IMG/VR virus record: IMGVR_UViG_3300031649_000001
Location: 47,262 to 111,261 of that record
Source of the DNA: a virus
Length of the DNA: 64,000 nt
Direction: 5' to 3' (one strand)
Numbering within the stretch: the first letter of the stretch is position 1; every line of letters starts with the position of its first letter. The notes beneath the pieces are model-generated. The model made no database searches. It was given only the letters and a program-made list of their open reading frames with translations, and was not told the DNA's origin. Positions 20,037-29,318 of this stretch are shown here, in pieces. The translations under genes were made by a program, and so were the position numbers.

Positions 20037-20976
20037 ACCGCTGGCGCGGGCGATCGACGAATACCTGGACTGGGCGATAGTGCACGCCTTCAAGCCGGGC
20101 TCGGGATCACCGCGCACCTACCGCATCAAGCTCAACATGTACGCCCGCCACTTCGGGCATACCCGGCCGGTGAGGGAGATCACCGGCCAGGACTGGATGA
20201 AGACCTGCGGCATGTACTGGAGCACCGCCGCCGCCGAGACCTACAACTCCGGCCGCCGCGCCGCCATCAGCTTCCTCAAGTACTGCCGCGACAACGAGCC
20301 GCCCCTGACCAGGGCCGAGCCGCCCAAGCTGTGGACCCCCCGCCCGGTGACCAAGCAGCGCGACAAGGCGCTGCCCCAGGGCACCATGACCAGCCTGCTC
20401 AACCCGGACCGCTACCCGCTGAGGGAGCGGTCGCTGTGGTCCACGCTCTACGACAGCTCGGAGCGCCTGTCGGGCGTCCTGAGCCTGGACATCCCGAACA
20501 TCACCTGGGAGCAGAACTTCGGGACGGTGCGGATCAAGGGCGGCGACACCCGCTACATCGCGTGGACGCCGTACACCGGGCGCCTGCTCCGCGATTACGT
20601 GGGCGATCGGACCTGGGGGCCGGTATGGCTGGGGGAGCTGCCGCCGTGGAACTGGCGGGAGCGCCCCGACACCGACAAGGGGCCGCCCGGCGGCAACCCG
20701 GCCGCCGGGCCCGACGACCCCGGCCACGGCCACCTGTACCGGCTCACCGCCCACCGGGCACGGGTGATCTACACGGAGCTGACCGGCCTGAAGAAGCCCC
20801 ACCGCATCCGGCACACCCGGCTCAAGGCGCTGGGCTCCCGTGACGGCACGCCGTCCCCGATGCTCCACGCCATCAGCGGCCACATCACGGAGGAGATGCT
20901 GCGGCACTACAGCGAGCCGTCACCCGAACAGGTGTCAGCGTTCATCGCGCAGGTCGGCAGCCTGATGGACGGCTAG
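20017..20976 (+). CDS. Tyrosine recombinase (XerC/D/Cre-like, no obvious arm-binding domain; ORF open from 19837)
   Basis: Catalytic set R (SSERLSGVL), K (IKGG), HxxR (PHRIRH), H (SGH), Y (LRHY). Confidence 0.85.
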   Translation: MPNTIAEPLARAIDEYLDWAIVHAFKPGSGSPRTYRIKLNMYARHFGHTRPVREITGQDWMKTCGMYWSTAAAETYNSGRRAAISFLKYCRDNEPPLTRAEPPKLWTPRPVTKQRDKALPQGTMTSLLNPDRYPLRERSLWSTLYDSSERLSGVLSLDIPNITWEQNFGTVRIKGGDTRYIAWTPYTGRLLRDYVGDRTWGPVWLGELPPWNWRERPDTDKGPPGGNPAAGPDDPGHGHLYRLTAHRARVIYTELTGLKKPHRIRHTRLKALGSRDGTPSPMLHAISGHITEEMLRHYSEPSPEQVSAFIAQVGSLMDG

Positions 20977-21028
20977 ACTCGCCGCCGTCTGACGCGTTGC
21001 CACGTACCAGACGACTCCATACCGGCGC

Positions 21029-21056
21029 CGCCCCCCGTCTCCTCACACGGGGGGCG
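21029..21056 (+). terminator. Hairpin after recombinase
   Basis: GCCCCCCGT-ctcctcac-ACGGGGGGC then GTTGT. Confidence 0.5.
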
Positions 21057-21086
21057 TTGTCGTACCCGGGCCGTACCCTGCCGCTC

Positions 21087-21347
21087 ATGGCGAACGAGTG
21101 GCGGCGCGCCCGGCGCGAGGCACAGAAGGCGGCGCTGCGGGCGGTGGCGGAGGCCCTGGGGGGCGACGACGAGGCGTACACCATCGCCGGGTTCCTGGCC
21201 CGCCACAACCGGCACACCGGCGGCGCCATCACCAAGCCGGAGCAGCTCCTGGGGCTGGAGGTGCCGGAGGATGTGATCGGGATCGGGGAGACGCGCGCCC
21301 GGCGGATCTACGACTGGCAGGAACGCCAACGCGATCCACGGGGATAG
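21087..21347 (+). CDS. Small helix-hairpin-helix protein
   Basis: VIGIGETRARRIY HhH motif. Confidence 0.55.
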   Translation: MANEWRRARREAQKAALRAVAEALGGDDEAYTIAGFLARHNRHTGGAITKPEQLLGLEVPEDVIGIGETRARRIYDWQERQRDPRG

Positions 21348-21354
21348 AGCAGGT

Positions 21355-21816
21355 ATGGGCGTACGCATCGAGTTCACCTGGAACGAGCCGGAGATCGAGC
21401 GCATGCTGCGGTCGCCGGACGGCGACGTGGCCACCTACGTGCGCCGGGTGGCGGAGGCTACGCGCTCGCTGGCGGTCGCCGGGGCGCCGGTGGACGACGG
21501 CCCCCTCCGGGCCTCCCTGCGCGTCCAGATGGAGTACACAGGGGCCCACGTGAAGGCGTGGGTCTACAGCAACCTGGAGTACGCCCTGTACGTCCACGAG
21601 GGCACCGGCATCTACGGCCCGAAGGGCACGCCGATCCGCCCGAAGCGGGCGAAGGTGCTGGTCTTCGAGGCCCGCAACGCCCGCACCACCGCACGCGGCC
21701 GGGGCAACCTCGTGTTCGCCCGTCAGGTGAAGGGCGCCCGCCCGAACCGGTTCCTGCTCCGGGCGCTCCAGCAGGCCAGCCCCTGGCCGGTGGACTCCAC
21801 CGTGATCTACGCCTGA
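21355..21816 (+). CDS. HK97 gp10-like neck/tail-completion protein
   Basis: APVDDGPLRAS, EYALYVHEGTG, IRPKRAKVLVF, GARPNRFL. Confidence 0.8.
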   Translation: MGVRIEFTWNEPEIERMLRSPDGDVATYVRRVAEATRSLAVAGAPVDDGPLRASLRVQMEYTGAHVKAWVYSNLEYALYVHEGTGIYGPKGTPIRPKRAKVLVFEARNARTTARGRGNLVFARQVKGARPNRFLLRALQQASPWPVDSTVIYA

Positions 21817-22089
21817 CGCCTTCGATCCGTTGGCGTGGGCCCGCTGGCCGTCCTTCGCATCCCAGGCGCGACGGAGGGCCTGCCTTCGCTCGGACGCCAA
21901 TCCTGCTCCGTACGCCACGGGGGGGAGCGTAGGGAGCGTGAGCGAGGCAGGCCCTCGGCCTTGGTGCGGTTGGAGCCAGCAGCGCAGGGACCTGTCCAGT
22001 TCCGGTCTGCCACCAGCAGGATAGCAGTCCGTATGCGCACCGCAACACCGTGCGATAGTCTCGTGTCTCCCGATAGAGGAGAGGCAGCG

Positions 22090-22686
22090 ATGGCAGTAAC
22101 GAACCGCCCGCGCCACGAGGCCGCCCCGGCGCTCCAGGCGATGATGATCGACTACATGCGCCGTACGCCGTGGGACGACGGGGGCGGCACCGACACGCAC
22201 CGGCCGCAGGTGCTGTTCGTCTACACCAACAAGATCAGCAAGGTGACGGTGCCGCCGCGCGCCTACGACGACCACCCGCGCATCATGGTCAAGAGGATGG
22301 CGGACATCTTCACGGCCGCCCGCGCCAGCGGTGAACTGACCGCGAAGCCTGCCGACATGGTGGGGGCGGGGATGCTGATCGAGTTCTGGCAGATCGCGTT
22401 CGCGGACCAGGCGGAGCGCGACCACTGGCGGACCCGGGACTTCTCGGAGCACCCGCGCGCCGTGGAGGCGCGGATGCTGATCGTCCACCAGGTGGGGCAT
22501 CCGCCGGTGGCGGCGATGCACAACCGGGACCGGCGGCGGACCGGGGAGGTGCTGACGTTCCCGAAGCCCACCATGAGCGACGAACCGCTTCTGCCGGGAG
22601 GTGCGGCGCCGCCGCTGCTGATCCATCTGGAGCGGCTGTGCCGGGCGCTACTGTCGCCTCCGGCCACGTTCCTGTCCGGGCGGTAG
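22090..22686 (+). CDS. PPA1309-like hypothetical protein
   Basis: WD...VGAGMLIEFW...EHPRAVEAR pattern; paralogue at 38968-39606. Confidence 0.45.
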   Translation: MAVTNRPRHEAAPALQAMMIDYMRRTPWDDGGGTDTHRPQVLFVYTNKISKVTVPPRAYDDHPRIMVKRMADIFTAARASGELTAKPADMVGAGMLIEFWQIAFADQAERDHWRTRDFSEHPRAVEARMLIVHQVGHPPVAAMHNRDRRRTGEVLTFPKPTMSDEPLLPGGAAPPLLIHLERLCRALLSPPATFLSGR

Positions 22687-22777
22687 TCCGCCCCCTCACC
22701 GCCCGGCCGCCCGCCCGCCCGGCCGGGCGGTAGCTACGCTGTGTGCATCCGCCGCTACACACCGTGGGAGATGCACC

Positions 22778-23278
22778 GTGGCCGAAGCCCCCGACGCTCT
22801 GACGTTCTACATCGACGCGGATGACGCGTACACCCCGGCAGAGATGCCCCAGGGCGTGGTGAAGATGGGCGGCGTGGAGTACAGCGTCCGCTGCCCCAAA
22901 GACTCCCTTCCCATGCTGCTGGGCCGGATCGAGGCGCAGGCGGCCGAGCTGAAGACGGCCGCCGCGTACGAGGACGTGGTCCGCCAGCTCGCGGCGGCCG
23001 TGTTCGAGCCGGACGACGTGGAGGCCATCCTGGAGCGGGTGGTCGACCAGAACGAGCGCACGCTCTCCGTCGCCTTCCTGATGGACACCGTGCGCCGGGT
23101 GTACGAGGCGTACGGCCCGCATCTGGACAAGGCGTACGAGGAGCTGGGGCTGGAGAACCCGGTGAAGAAGACCGGCCCCAAGACCCCCCAGGACCGTAAG
23201 CCCAGCAGCCGCAAGCCCCCGGCGAAGAAGGCCGCCAAGAAGGCCCCCGCCAAGAAGACGGCGGCGCGGGCACGATGA
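22778..23278 (+). CDS. Tail assembly chaperone
   Basis: Upstream of tape measure; PAKK-rich tail. Confidence 0.65.
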   Translation: MAEAPDALTFYIDADDAYTPAEMPQGVVKMGGVEYSVRCPKDSLPMLLGRIEAQAAELKTAAAYEDVVRQLAAAVFEPDDVEAILERVVDQNERTLSVAFLMDTVRRVYEAYGPHLDKAYEELGLENPVKKTGPKTPQDRKPSSRKPPAKKAAKKAPAKKTAARAR

Positions 23279-23841
23279 CCCGCCTGGGCCCGGCGCGGCC
23301 GGGGCCGCTGACCTTCACCCTGGACGGCGAGCCCTACACCCTGTCCATCCCCGTGGATGGGCTGGAGGCGTGCGGGTGGGTCGCCGAGGGCAACTGGTAC
23401 GCGCTGGTGCCGGGCTGCCTCAAGGGCGACTCAGAAGACCGCTTCCTCGCCCTCCTGGGCGACCCGTACGGGCCGGTGGGCCTGCGGGTGTGCACGCGCC
23501 TGGCGTACGGCCTGGCGAAGCCCGTGTACGGCTTTGAGTGGCATGTGGCGCAGCGCCTGGCCGTGACCGCCCGCGAGCACTGGGACCTGTTCTCGGGGTG
23601 GACGGTGACCGTCGGGTTCGAGCCCGAGGGTGCCAGCGCGCACCGGGTGTGCAGCGCGGTGTACTCGTGGCTGCGGTCGGGGTGCCAGGAGGAGAAGGAC
23701 GTCCGCAGGCTGGAGACCCAGCTCAACGCGCCGCCCCGGCAGACCCTGGGGCGTGGCCGCCGGGCCATCATGCCGGGGTTCGACAAGCAGGCGCAGGCGG
23801 CCGACTGGAAGAAGGCGTTCGCGGAGCTGGGCAGCGGGTGA
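23275..23841 (+). CDS. Second tail assembly chaperone-like protein
   Basis: ATGA coupling; synteny. Confidence 0.6.
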   Translation: MTRLGPARPGPLTFTLDGEPYTLSIPVDGLEACGWVAEGNWYALVPGCLKGDSEDRFLALLGDPYGPVGLRVCTRLAYGLAKPVYGFEWHVAQRLAVTAREHWDLFSGWTVTVGFEPEGASAHRVCSAVYSWLRSGCQEEKDVRRLETQLNAPPRQTLGRGRRAIMPGFDKQAQAADWKKAFAELGSG

Positions 23842-23859
23842 TCGGTCAGTCGGCGTCGC

Positions 23860-24627
23860 TCACCCGGTCACGCTATCGGCCCGCGCACCGATCTTGCCCC
23901 GCCAGCGGTCGGTCGCCCGGCGGAACAGCTCGTCGGCGCGGCGGCGGTCGTAGACGCGCTGGGGAGGGATGTCGGCACGCAGGGCGGCCCGGCGCAGCGT
24001 CATGCCCTCCTGGACGCCCGCGCGCAGGGCCTCCCACTGCTCCTCGCTGATCTCCGTGGGGTCGGGCGCCCGGCGTGCCCTGGCCCTGGCGCGGGCGGCG
24101 TCCATCGCGTCGCGGAACACGGAGTCGCGGCGGCGGCGCTGGTAGATCACCGCGTTGGTGATCCCGGCTTCCTCGGCGGCCAGGTTGATGATCATGCCGT
24201 CCTCGACGGCCTTGAGGAACAGCCGGACCCGGTGGGGGGTGAAGCGGTGTTCGCGGCGCTGGCGCAGGGCGGGCGGGTTCATGCGGCGGGCGGCTTCGGC
24301 CGCCTCCGCGAAGGCGGGGCTGTTCTGGCGCCAGCCCTTCACGCGCTCATCCCCGTGGAACAGGATGCGGGCGGCCTGGGTGGGGGTGAAGCCCAGCGCC
24401 AGGAGCCCGACGTACTGGGCCTGCTGGAGGATCTTGTCGGCGTCGTAGGCGTAGGGGTCGTGCCCGGCCAGCGCGAGCTGGACGTCGGTGTCGGTGCGGG
24501 CGGCGGCGTACACGGCTGCGGGCTTCACGTTGATCATCTCGGCGGCGTCGGTGGCGGTGTTCCCCACCCGCAGCATCTTGATCACCATGTCGGCCTGGTC
24601 GTTGGTCAGGGGCGTGGCTCGGTCCAT
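23860..24627 (-). CDS. Protein with four tandem helix-turn-helix repeats
   Basis: GNTATDAAEMINVKPAAVY, GFTPTQAARIL, GMIINLAAEEAGITNAVIY, GMTLRRAALRADIPPQRVY. Confidence 0.75.
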   Translation of the reverse strand: MDRATPLTNDQADMVIKMLRVGNTATDAAEMINVKPAAVYAAARTDTDVQLALAGHDPYAYDADKILQQAQYVGLLALGFTPTQAARILFHGDERVKGWRQNSPAFAEAAEAARRMNPPALRQRREHRFTPHRVRLFLKAVEDGMIINLAAEEAGITNAVIYQRRRRDSVFRDAMDAARARARARRAPDPTEISEEQWEALRAGVQEGMTLRRAALRADIPPQRVYDRRRADELFRRATDRWRGKIGARADSVTG

Positions 24628-24815
24628 GCGGGCGGAGTGTACGGACGGCCACTGACAAGAGGTCGTGAGCTGCGTGGATGGGCCTGCGGACCCGGCCGCC
24701 CGCCCGGCCGCCCGGCCGGATGTGGACACGGACGGTAGCCTGGTGTCGCATTGAGTGATCGCTGCTGGTTGATGGGCCGGGCGACGAACGCAGTTCGTCA
24801 TGTCCGGAGGCAGCG

Positions 24816-27800
24816 GTGGCAGGTGAGGTCGGACGCGCGTCAGTCGTCATCACCGCCGACATCGGAACCTTCAACGCCGAGCTGAGGCGCGAGTTCCGCG
24901 ACGCGGGCCGCGACGCCGGACAGGCCCTGGACGATGCCCTCCAGCGGGCCATCCGCAACTCCGGCCGCAACGCGGCCCGCACCATCGCCCGCGACCTGCG
25001 CTCCAATCTGCGCGGACTGAAGGCGTCCGTGGAGGTGGAGCCGGACACCAGCCGGTTCCGCACCCAGCTCCAGCGTGATCTGCGTGGACTGGCCGCCGCG
25101 TCCGTACGGGTCGCGCCGGACTCCGACACCTTCCGTACCGAGCTGAACCGGCAGCTGACCGGGCTGGGCTCGGTGGGCATCCCGGCCCAGCCGGACACCA
25201 CACGCTTCGCCGCGCTGCTCCGGCGCCAGCTACGCGGCACCACCGTGGACGTCGGCGTCACGCCGGACGCGGCCCGCTTCCAGGCGGCCATCCAGGCGGC
25301 GGCCCGTGCCGTCAGCGCCGACGTACGCCTCAGTCCGGACGTAGCGGCCTTCCGGGCGCAGGTGACGGCCGCGCTGCGCGGGGTCACCGCGCAGGTCCGT
25401 GTAGAGCCGGAGATGAGCCGGTTCGAGGCTGCGCTGCGGCGCGGGCTGCGGGCGCTGCGGGTCGACGTCGGCGTGGACCCGAACACGACCGGGTTCCTGG
25501 CCCGGCTCCAGCGCGACGTACGCGGGTTCGCGGTCAACGTCCGGGTCAACGCGGACGTCTCCCGCTTCCAGCGCCAGCTCAACCGGGATCTGCGCGGACT
25601 GGGCAACATCACGGTCCGGGTGCAGGGGGACGCCGCCCGGTTCCGGCGGGATCTTGAGCGGGCGATGCGCGGGCTGGAGCCCATCCGTATCCGCGTGGAG
25701 CCGGACCTGGACCGGCTGAACGACGCGCTGCGCCGTCACAACGCGCCCGACGTCACGGTCAACGTCAACCCCGACGCCAACCGCTTCCAGCGGGCGCTGG
25801 GCACCATCGCCGGGATGGCCGGGCGGGCGGGCGCGGCCTTCGCCGGGCTGCTGCGTATCGGCGCCCTGGCGGGGGCGTTCCTGTCGGCGGCAGCGGCCAT
25901 CGCCTCCTTCGCGGCGTCGCTGGCCCCGGCGCTCGGCATCATCGCCGCCGGTCCGGCGGTCATCACCGGGATGATCGTCGCCACGTCGGCGCTGAAGATC
26001 GCCCTGTCGGGGGTGGGGGAAGCCTTCGGGGCGGCCCTGGGCGACGACGCGGAGGCGTTCAACAAGGCTCTGGAGAAGCTGTCGCCGGAGGCCCAGGCGG
26101 CGGCCAAGGAACTCCGCGCGCTCAAGCCTGCGTTCGACCAGCTCAAGACCACCGTCCAGGACGCGTTCTTCAAGCCCCTTGAGGGGCAGATCACCGGCGT
26201 CGCCAAGGCGCTCGGCGGCCCCCTGAAGCAGGGCCTGGCCGACGTCGCCGGGAACTTCGGGCTGGCCGGGCAGCGGATCGCCAACTTCCTGCGCTCCGCG
26301 CTGGGGGTCCAGGCCGTCACCAACATCCTCGACGGCACCACCAAGGCGACGTCCGGGCTGGCCGCCGCCATCGGGCCGGTGGTCGCCGGGTTCACGCGGG
26401 TGGCCGGGGCCGTCTCCAAGGCGTTCGGCGACCAGCTCGGCGACGCCATCGCCAGCCTCGGGGCCCGGTTCGGGTCCTTCCTCGGGGAGGCCGCCGCCTC
26501 CGGCCAGGCAGTCGCCTGGGTCCAGGGGGCGCTGGTCACCTTCCGGCAGCTCGGTGACCTCGTCGGCTCGCTGGTCGGCCTCTTCGGGGACCTGTTCGGG
26601 GCGCTGGCCGCCGGGGGCGGCGGGTCGCTGGGGGCCCTGACGCAGATCATCGACGCGGTACGGACGGCGATCCAGCCGCTCCTGCCGCTGGTCACCCAGC
26701 TCGCGCAGCTCTTCTCTACCGTCCTGTCCACGGCGCTGTCCACGATGATGGCCGTGCTGGGGCCGGTGATCACGGCCATCTCGTCGGTACTGACGCCGCT
26801 CATCCCGGTCCTGACCCAGGCCTTCCAGCAGTTCGGTGCGGCGCTGGCCCCCGTCGCGGCCCAGCTCGGCGCCGGGCTGGCCTCGGTGATCACCGGGCTC
26901 GCCCCCGTCTTCGCTCAACTGGCCCCGCTCGTAGCCCAGTTGGGGCAGGCGTTCGGGGCGATCCTGGGGGCCGCCCTTCAGATCGTCCTGCCGTTGCTCG
27001 GGCCGATCATCGACTTCATCGGCCAGCTCCTGCCGATCTTCACCCCCCTGATCGGGGTCGTCACCGAGGTCGCGACCGCGCTCGGCGGTGCGCTCGGGGA
27101 GGCGGCCCAGGCCCTGGCCCCGCTGCTGGTGGAGGTGGGGGCCGCCCTCACCGAGGTCGCTGCCGCCGTGGTGCCGCTGGTGGGGCAGCTCATCGGCGCC
27201 CTGCTGCCCGTCCTGCCGCCCATCGTCGACGCCTTCTCCGCCCTGGTCAGCGCGCTGCTCCCGCTGATCCCGCCGATCGCCGACCTGCTCGTGTCGCTGG
27301 CGCCGCTCATCTCGATGCTGATCGGCCTGCTGGCGCCGGTGCTCCAGGTGGAGGCCGCGTTCGCGGCCTGGGTCGCGATCAACATCATCGTCCCGATCAT
27401 CCAGAAGGTCGTCGCGATCCTGGTCGGCCTGATCCAGGGCGTCACAGCGGTGATCACCTTCATCACCGGGCTGCCCGGGGCGGTGGTCGGGGCGCTGTCG
27501 TCGTTCGCGTCGATGCTCGTCGGCTTCTTCACGTCCGCCTGGGCGGCCGTCACCACCGCCGTATCCACGGGGATCGATGCCGTGGTGGGGTTCTTCACCG
27601 CGCTGCCCGGCCGGATCCTCGCGTTCCTCCAGGCGCTGCCCGGCATGCTGATCGACCTGTTCACGTCGGCCGTCGCCGGGCTCGCCATCGCGATCCTGAC
27701 CGGGATCGCCGCCGTGGTGTTCATCTTCACCGAGCTGCCCGGCCGCATCCTCTCCGCCCTCCAGTCGCTGGGCTCGCGGCTGGTGGGGCTGTTCACGTCG

Positions 27801-28496
27801 GCGGCCAGCGCCACGGCGGGGGCGGTGCGGTCGGGCTTCACCGCCGTCACCTCGTTCTTCTCCGCCCTCCCCGGGCGGATCATGGCCTTCATCACTTCGC
27901 TGCCCGGCCGGATCAGCTCCATCTTCCGGTCGGCCGCCTCGTCCGCGTCCAGCGCGGTCCGCTCCGGCTTCAGCTCCGTCATCTCGTTCTTCAGCGCGCT
28001 GCCCGGCCGGATCGCGTCCGCCATCTCCGGCATCGGCTCCCGCATCGCCGGAGTGTTCCGGTCGGCGGCCAGCTCCGCCCGCTCCGCCGTCTCGGGTCTC
28101 ATCTCCGGCGTGGTGTCGCTGTTCTCCGGCCTCGCCGGGAAGATCGTCGGGGCGATCGGCGACATCGGCGGCCAGATCATGGCGAAGATCAAGGGCGGTA
28201 TCCCCAGCTCGGTGCGGAAGTACCTGCCCTTCGCCGACGGCGGCATCGTCACCATGCCCACCCGCGCCCTCATCGGCGAGGCCGGTAAGGAAGTCGTCGT
28301 CCCGATGACCCGCCCGGCCCGCGCCATCCAGCTCGCCCAGCAGTCCGGCCTGGTCGACCTGCTGAAGAAGTCCGGCGCCCTCAAGGGCCACGCCGAGACG
28401 CCCAGCCACACGTGGAACATCACCACGCCCGGCAGCGACGCGTATGTCATCGCCCAGAACCTGTACGGCCACATCGCCCGCGCCAGCGGCATCTAG
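24816..28496 (+). CDS. Tape measure protein
   Basis: 1226 aa Ala/Gly/Leu-rich; C-terminal FADGGIV...IGEAGKEVVVP. Confidence 0.95.
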   Translation: MAGEVGRASVVITADIGTFNAELRREFRDAGRDAGQALDDALQRAIRNSGRNAARTIARDLRSNLRGLKASVEVEPDTSRFRTQLQRDLRGLAAASVRVAPDSDTFRTELNRQLTGLGSVGIPAQPDTTRFAALLRRQLRGTTVDVGVTPDAARFQAAIQAAARAVSADVRLSPDVAAFRAQVTAALRGVTAQVRVEPEMSRFEAALRRGLRALRVDVGVDPNTTGFLARLQRDVRGFAVNVRVNADVSRFQRQLNRDLRGLGNITVRVQGDAARFRRDLERAMRGLEPIRIRVEPDLDRLNDALRRHNAPDVTVNVNPDANRFQRALGTIAGMAGRAGAAFAGLLRIGALAGAFLSAAAAIASFAASLAPALGIIAAGPAVITGMIVATSALKIALSGVGEAFGAALGDDAEAFNKALEKLSPEAQAAAKELRALKPAFDQLKTTVQDAFFKPLEGQITGVAKALGGPLKQGLADVAGNFGLAGQRIANFLRSALGVQAVTNILDGTTKATSGLAAAIGPVVAGFTRVAGAVSKAFGDQLGDAIASLGARFGSFLGEAAASGQAVAWVQGALVTFRQLGDLVGSLVGLFGDLFGALAAGGGGSLGALTQIIDAVRTAIQPLLPLVTQLAQLFSTVLSTALSTMMAVLGPVITAISSVLTPLIPVLTQAFQQFGAALAPVAAQLGAGLASVITGLAPVFAQLAPLVAQLGQAFGAILGAALQIVLPLLGPIIDFIGQLLPIFTPLIGVVTEVATALGGALGEAAQALAPLLVEVGAALTEVAAAVVPLVGQLIGALLPVLPPIVDAFSALVSALLPLIPPIADLLVSLAPLISMLIGLLAPVLQVEAAFAAWVAINIIVPIIQKVVAILVGLIQGVTAVITFITGLPGAVVGALSSFASMLVGFFTSAWAAVTTAVSTGIDAVVGFFTALPGRILAFLQALPGMLIDLFTSAVAGLAIAILTGIAAVVFIFTELPGRILSALQSLGSRLVGLFTSAASATAGAVRSGFTAVTSFFSALPGRIMAFITSLPGRISSIFRSAASSASSAVRSGFSSVISFFSALPGRIASAISGIGSRIAGVFRSAASSARSAVSGLISGVVSLFSGLAGKIVGAIGDIGGQIMAKIKGGIPSSVRKYLPFADGGIVTMPTRALIGEAGKEVVVPMTRPARAIQLAQQSGLVDLLKKSGALKGHAETPSHTWNITTPGSDAYVIAQNLYGHIARASGI

Positions 28497-28544
28497 GGGG
28501 TGAGCTGCATGTTTATGGAAACCGACGCGCTATATTTCGGCGGC

Positions 28545-29306
28545 ATGGTCACCAATAACCACTGCTCCGTAGGCGGCTGCACCAAGCACCGCCAGACGCA
28601 CGGCAAGTGCCTCACCCACGCGCGCCAGGACCCCACCCTTCCCCGCTGCACGTATCCCGCGTGCGGCGACGTGGAGCGCGCCAAGGGCCACTGCGACCGG
28701 CACTACATCCAGCAGCGACAGGGCATTGAGCTCAAGCCGTTCGTCCAGTGGAACCTGCTGGACTGCCGAGGCCCGCTCTGCACCCGCAGCGCGAAGTACC
28801 GGGACGGCTACTGCAAGCCCCACCATGAGCAGCGCCAGAAGCACGGCGAGGTGTGGGTGATCGGGACCCGGAAGCACCCCGGCCGCGCGCCGGTGACCAA
28901 GTGCATCGAGCCCGGCTGCCCATCCACGCAGATCGCCGTCCTGTCGCGGTGCCTGGAGCACGCGCGCCAGGCGCACGGCGAGTGCTGGCTGCCGTGGTGC
29001 ACCGACCCGGGCCACCACGTGACGGGGCTGTGCGACAAGCACCGCCGCCACCAGCGGGCCATGATGCACAGCTACGGCATCGGCTGGCAGCGCCGTTTGG
29101 AGATGGCGGAGGAGCAGGGCCACCAGTGCCCCCTCTGTGGCGCCCCCGATGACCTGGCGAACGGCGAGGGCCTGCACATCGATCACGACCACACCACGGG
29201 CCGGGTTCGCGGCTTGCTCTGCGGCCTCTGCAACCGGGGAATCGGCCTGCTCGGTCATGACCTCACCCGCCTGCGCAAGGCGATCACCTACCTGGAGGTC
29301 ACGTGA
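28545..29306 (+). CDS. Endonuclease VII-like HNH nuclease with Cys/His repeats (start may be up to 28500)
   Basis: CPLCG...LHIDHDHTTGRVRGLLCGLCNRGIG; several CxxxxC...CxxH repeats. Confidence 0.85.
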   Translation: MVTNNHCSVGGCTKHRQTHGKCLTHARQDPTLPRCTYPACGDVERAKGHCDRHYIQQRQGIELKPFVQWNLLDCRGPLCTRSAKYRDGYCKPHHEQRQKHGEVWVIGTRKHPGRAPVTKCIEPGCPSTQIAVLSRCLEHARQAHGECWLPWCTDPGHHVTGLCDKHRRHQRAMMHSYGIGWQRRLEMAEEQGHQCPLCGAPDDLANGEGLHIDHDHTTGRVRGLLCGLCNRGIGLLGHDLTRLRKAITYLEVT

Positions 29307-29318
29307 TCACCGAAGGGG

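Noticed and set aside
23200-23290. Programmed -1 frameshift in tail assembly chaperones
   Set aside because: No XXXYYYZ slippery site seen; genes are coupled by an ATGA overlap
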